A DNA stretch of 64,000 nucleotides from Escherichia coli. Lineage in GTDB: Bacteria; Pseudomonadota; Gammaproteobacteria; Enterobacterales; Enterobacteriaceae. The translations under genes were made by a program, and so were the position numbers. The number at the start of each line of letters is the position of its first letter. Within the stretch, counting starts at the first letter, position 1. Below are positions 60,945 to 64,000 of this stretch, piece after piece. The notes beneath the pieces were generated by a model, which saw nothing but the letters and a program-made list of their open reading frames with translations, had not been told where the DNA came from and ran no database searches. The stretch is from NCBI RefSeq assembly GCF_041886205.1, contig NZ_CP169030.1. One strand, given 5' to 3'.

Positions 60945-61573
60945 TTTCTGCCCTCCTCTGCCGGAATAAATTCCACCTTCAGGAAGCGATCGCCGGGAAC
61001 GGCGCTCACCCGTGCCGGGACCTGATCAATGCCGAGGCGCTGGCAGAGCACACCGTTCTGGTCAAAGTAAACACGGCTGTCCAGAGACTTCTGCATCTCC
61101 GGGATACTGCCCTGCACGAGGATAATTTTGCTCTCCAGTGTGGGCGGCGTCTGGCGTTTCATCCAGGCCACCTGCGCCGGATCATCGCCATTGATGAAAT
61201 ACAGCGTCTGGTTAAAAGGAACATACTGCAGCGGATTCATCACTTCACCCTGACGGGCAAACACCCGCCCTTCGTTATCCCGGATATCCGCAGCCAGTCT
61301 GACGGACGGGTCAAACAACCGGCTGCCGTATTTCTCCGTGCGTCCGATACCGGGCACGGCAGGGGGCCGCAGACTGTTGCGGATCACCCGCTCCTTAAAG
61401 GCATCCATTTTCCGGCCCATCTCACCGGACTGCTCCAGTGCCGTCAGGCGCTGCATGATCACCGTCAGCATGTCCGGCTCCTTTACCGGCCACAGATCGC
61501 CCCAGGTACCAAGATCGGCGGCGGCCACACTCTGCCCCCATATCAGCAGGGCAATCAGCCCCCGGCATCTCAT
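60941..61573 (-). CDS. traW: TraW pilus assembly protein
   Basis: 210 aa starting MRCRGLIALLIWGQSVAA; ORF-track frame extends upstream. Confidence 0.85.
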   Translation of the reverse strand: MRCRGLIALLIWGQSVAAADLGTWGDLWPVKEPDMLTVIMQRLTALEQSGEMGRKMDAFKERVIRNSLRPPAVPGIGRTEKYGSRLFDPSVRLAADIRDNEGRVFARQGEVMNPLQYVPFNQTLYFINGDDPAQVAWMKRQTPPTLESKIILVQGSIPEMQKSLDSRVYFDQNGVLCQRLGIDQVPARVSAVPGDRFLKVEFIPAEEGRK

Positions 61574-61956
61574 GGTTCCGCCCTCATTCGCCGGGCAATA
61601 TCCTGCTGGATTTCCCGGGTGATATCCGGTGCCCCCTGTACCACAGCAGGCGACACCAGAATGACCGCGTGGTGTTTCTGCTGCCACGCCTGCAGGCTGG
61701 CTTCCAGTGCCGTGTTAAAACGCGCTGAAAGGGCTTTTGACTGCGCTTCTGACAGTTGTTTCTGACTGGCGCTGTCAAAAAACGCATCCACGGTCTGTTT
61801 CATGTTGAAGGCGACAGTCACCGGTGCGTTCAGTCTGACAATGCCGTAACTGACGGCTGCGTTCAGTAACACCATTGCCAGGCATCCCGGCACCGTCCAC
61901 CACCAGTGGCTGCGTCGTTCTGCCGTGACGTCGGCGGGTTTCTGCATTGAACTCAT
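61570..61956 (-). CDS. trbI: TrbI
   Basis: 128 aa with one TM segment, position as in F. Confidence 0.8.
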   Translation of the reverse strand: MSSMQKPADVTAERRSHWWWTVPGCLAMVLLNAAVSYGIVRLNAPVTVAFNMKQTVDAFFDSASQKQLSEAQSKALSARFNTALEASLQAWQQKHHAVILVSPAVVQGAPDITREIQQDIARRMRAEP

Positions 61957-64000
61957 GCCACACTCCTGTATTTCTCATGTTCTTCCAGCCAGGCTTCCAG
62001 CGAAGCCATTTCCGGCCCTGACTTCTTCCACGCCAGCTGCCACACTGCCTCATGAATACTCAGCCCCTCTTTACGCTTCTGCTGCACAAACTCAAAATCC
62101 GGGCCGTCAGAGCTGTACATGGCGCGGCTTAACGGGTCCACAAACAGACGGTGCCAGGAGGAATGGTTTTCCACCTGCAGCAGGAAGGAACTGAACCACT
62201 GGTCTTTGGCCGCACCAAACTTACCAATCATGTCGCGCTGCAGTGGCAGGAACTGGTCCGGATACAGTTGGTTGTATTTCGCGAACTCCTTCGCACTCTG
62301 TTTGAGGATAATTTTGTAGGAGGAGTTACCCCATGCCGCGCGGGCAGCACTGGAGGCCTTATCAGAGTCAAAGTCGACGATGTTCTGTGTGATGGTGATA
62401 TAGGCACCGGTATGACGGCGGGCCGTACGGTAGCCTTTCTCAATAAATTCACCGACCTTGTGATTTTTGAAGTCCAGCAGACGCCAGCCTTCATCAATAA
62501 CGTTCAGTTTCTTGAGGTTACGCGGCGTGCGGTACATCCTGTTCTCGATGTAGATAATCAGGGAGAACATCACCGCAACCAGCAGTGACGGACGGTCTTC
62601 CAGTCCGCCCAGCTCCAGCACCACCATTTTTGCGTCATCCCGCAGGGACGGCTCATCAGAGTTAAAATACTGGCCGTAAGTGCCGTTGGCAGTGTACTGG
62701 TCAAGCAGCACAATCATTTCGTCCAGACGGCTGCGGATAGTCGGTGACTCGGCATACTGCTCGCTGTCACTGGCGTTTTTCAGGAAATCCACCACGTCAT
62801 CAATACGTGCTCTGTTCTCTTTGGCCAGCCAGGAGGCTCTGACCGCCTGCAACAGCAGACCTTCATGCACTTCATCCAGGTTACCGTTGGGGCTGGCCAT
62901 CACTGACAACTGGTCACGGACACGCTCCGCTGACTGGTCAATATCGGTGATGTTCGCAAACGGGTTAAAACGCAGGGTTTCACCGTCCAGATACACCCCG
63001 CCCATGTTCTCACACAGGGACTTGTATCCATCCCCCATGTCGAACACCACGGCAAAGCCTCCGGAGTCCAGCACGCTGCGGATAAGTGGCTGTATCAGCC
63101 CGGTTTTACCGGCCCCGGAGGTGCCACAGACCGCCATGTTGTAGTTGGTGTTATTCATCCCCCGGAAGAAAATATCGATAAACGCCAGCTGGTTACGGTA
63201 GGTGGGTGCCAGCAGACCTGCCGGTGTCAGGGGGTTATCCGCCACTAACGGCATCAGGTTGGCAACATTAAAGCTCTCTGCGCGCTGAACCACTCCGGCC
63301 TCTTTCAGCTGTTTAAACAGCCCTTTCCCGGCCATAAAGGGCAGGCAGGTCAGGAAATTGCGCATGTGGTTAAAGCGCGGTGAAATCAGCTCAAAACCGT
63401 TTTTACGAAAGCTGTTCAGGATGTCCTGCTCCACTTCCAGCGCCGTTTCATTATTGTCCTTGCAGAATGCTGTGATGTTGAGGAAGTAGGACACCACGGA
63501 GGACTGACCGGAGCCCAGCCGCTGACGCAATTCCCCCCACTCCTTCGCCTCTTTCTCCACGGACGGAAACCATTTGGCATAGGAGGTCTTCGACTTTTTC
63601 TCCAGGTCCATGTACTTCAGGTTGGCTTCGCTGTGGGTTTTCACCTGGTCTTCCACCACCAGAGTCAGCGTCAGGATGAACGGACAGGAGATGGACAGTT
63701 CCGGGTTCAGCAGGTTGCTGTAGTTGTCGGCCACGTTCCACAGGAAGGCGATTTCCGGGTTACGGGCCAGATGGAAATTCAGGATGCGGGCCGTGCTGTT
63801 CCTGCCGTTCTCACGCAGGCCCAGCGTCAGGTAATCAGCCCGGACTTTCAGATCAAAACTGTCCTCCACACACTGATAATTCAGATCAGAATACGGGTCC
63901 AGCTGACGTCTTTTCGGGTACAGGGAGTCCGGGTTATGGTTAATCATCTCCCCGACAATATCGATAAAGGCCTGTGCATCCACCGTCTGTGTGGTGATAC
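61953..64000 (-). CDS. traC: TraC type IV secretion ATPase (VirB4-like), N-terminus beyond window end
   Basis: Walker A GTSGAGKT, matches C-terminal ~680 aa of F TraC; frame open to window edge. Confidence 0.9.
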   Translation of the reverse strand, partial: ITTQTVDAQAFIDIVGEMINHNPDSLYPKRRQLDPYSDLNYQCVEDSFDLKVRADYLTLGLRENGRNSTARILNFHLARNPEIAFLWNVADNYSNLLNPELSISCPFILTLTLVVEDQVKTHSEANLKYMDLEKKSKTSYAKWFPSVEKEAKEWGELRQRLGSGQSSVVSYFLNITAFCKDNNETALEVEQDILNSFRKNGFELISPRFNHMRNFLTCLPFMAGKGLFKQLKEAGVVQRAESFNVANLMPLVADNPLTPAGLLAPTYRNQLAFIDIFFRGMNNTNYNMAVCGTSGAGKTGLIQPLIRSVLDSGGFAVVFDMGDGYKSLCENMGGVYLDGETLRFNPFANITDIDQSAERVRDQLSVMASPNGNLDEVHEGLLLQAVRASWLAKENRARIDDVVDFLKNASDSEQYAESPTIRSRLDEMIVLLDQYTANGTYGQYFNSDEPSLRDDAKMVVLELGGLEDRPSLLVAVMFSLIIYIENRMYRTPRNLKKLNVIDEGWRLLDFKNHKVGEFIEKGYRTARRHTGAYITITQNIVDFDSDKASSAARAAWGNSSYKIILKQSAKEFAKYNQLYPDQFLPLQRDMIGKFGAAKDQWFSSFLLQVENHSSWHRLFVDPLSRAMYSSDGPDFEFVQQKRKEGLSIHEAVWQLAWKKSGPEMASLEAWLEEHEKYRSVA

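Noticed and set aside
1-64000. rRNA or tRNA genes
   Set aside because: No sequence resembling a tRNA cloverleaf or rRNA conserved block was noticed; not formally excluded without running tRNAscan or a covariance model

Overview
This 64 kb window reads as part of a large IncF-type conjugative resistance plasmid from Enterobacteriaceae. All calls below rest on reading the ORF translations and the DNA by eye; no database search or alignment was run.

Layout, left to right:
- 1-9.4 kb: an accessory island of small defence/addiction-type modules. It holds a 5'-truncated ORF, a two-gene operon ending in a TIR-like-domain protein, a vapBC pair, a large RloC/PrrC-like ABC ATPase with a CxxC zinc hook, a translationally coupled high-GC gene pair, an orphan colicin Ia-type immunity gene beside a colicin remnant cut by an IS903-like element, and a RelE/ParE toxin-antitoxin pair.
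- 9.6-26.0 kb: a Tn1721/Tn21-subfamily transposon (38-bp IRs, MCP-like gene, tnpR, tnpA). Its res region carries a complex class 1 integron (IRt-tniABQR-qac cassette-attI1-intI1-IRi) flanked by a CGCCT 5-bp duplication.
- Inside that integron, a second identical intI1-IRi copy brackets a low-GC Tn916-derived tet(M) segment flanked by 88-bp direct repeats, with a sul1 5' fragment fused to a truncated attI1.
- 26.5-31.5 kb: a tcuRABC tricarballylate utilisation cluster, preceded by IS66-family debris.
- 32.3-37.6 kb: an intact IS66-family element with 8-bp target duplication, inserted next to the DnaA box of an IncFII replicon (repA1, tap, copB), then srnB.
- 39.0-64.0 kb: the distal F-type transfer region on the minus strand, finO through a window-truncated traC, with a second vapBC pair sitting between traD and traI.

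No rRNA, tRNA or CRISPR array was seen. The best candidates for an undescribed system are the TIR-like two-gene operon (1054-2233), the RloC-like ATPase (3334-5472) and the coupled high-GC pair with palindromic operators (5690-6673).
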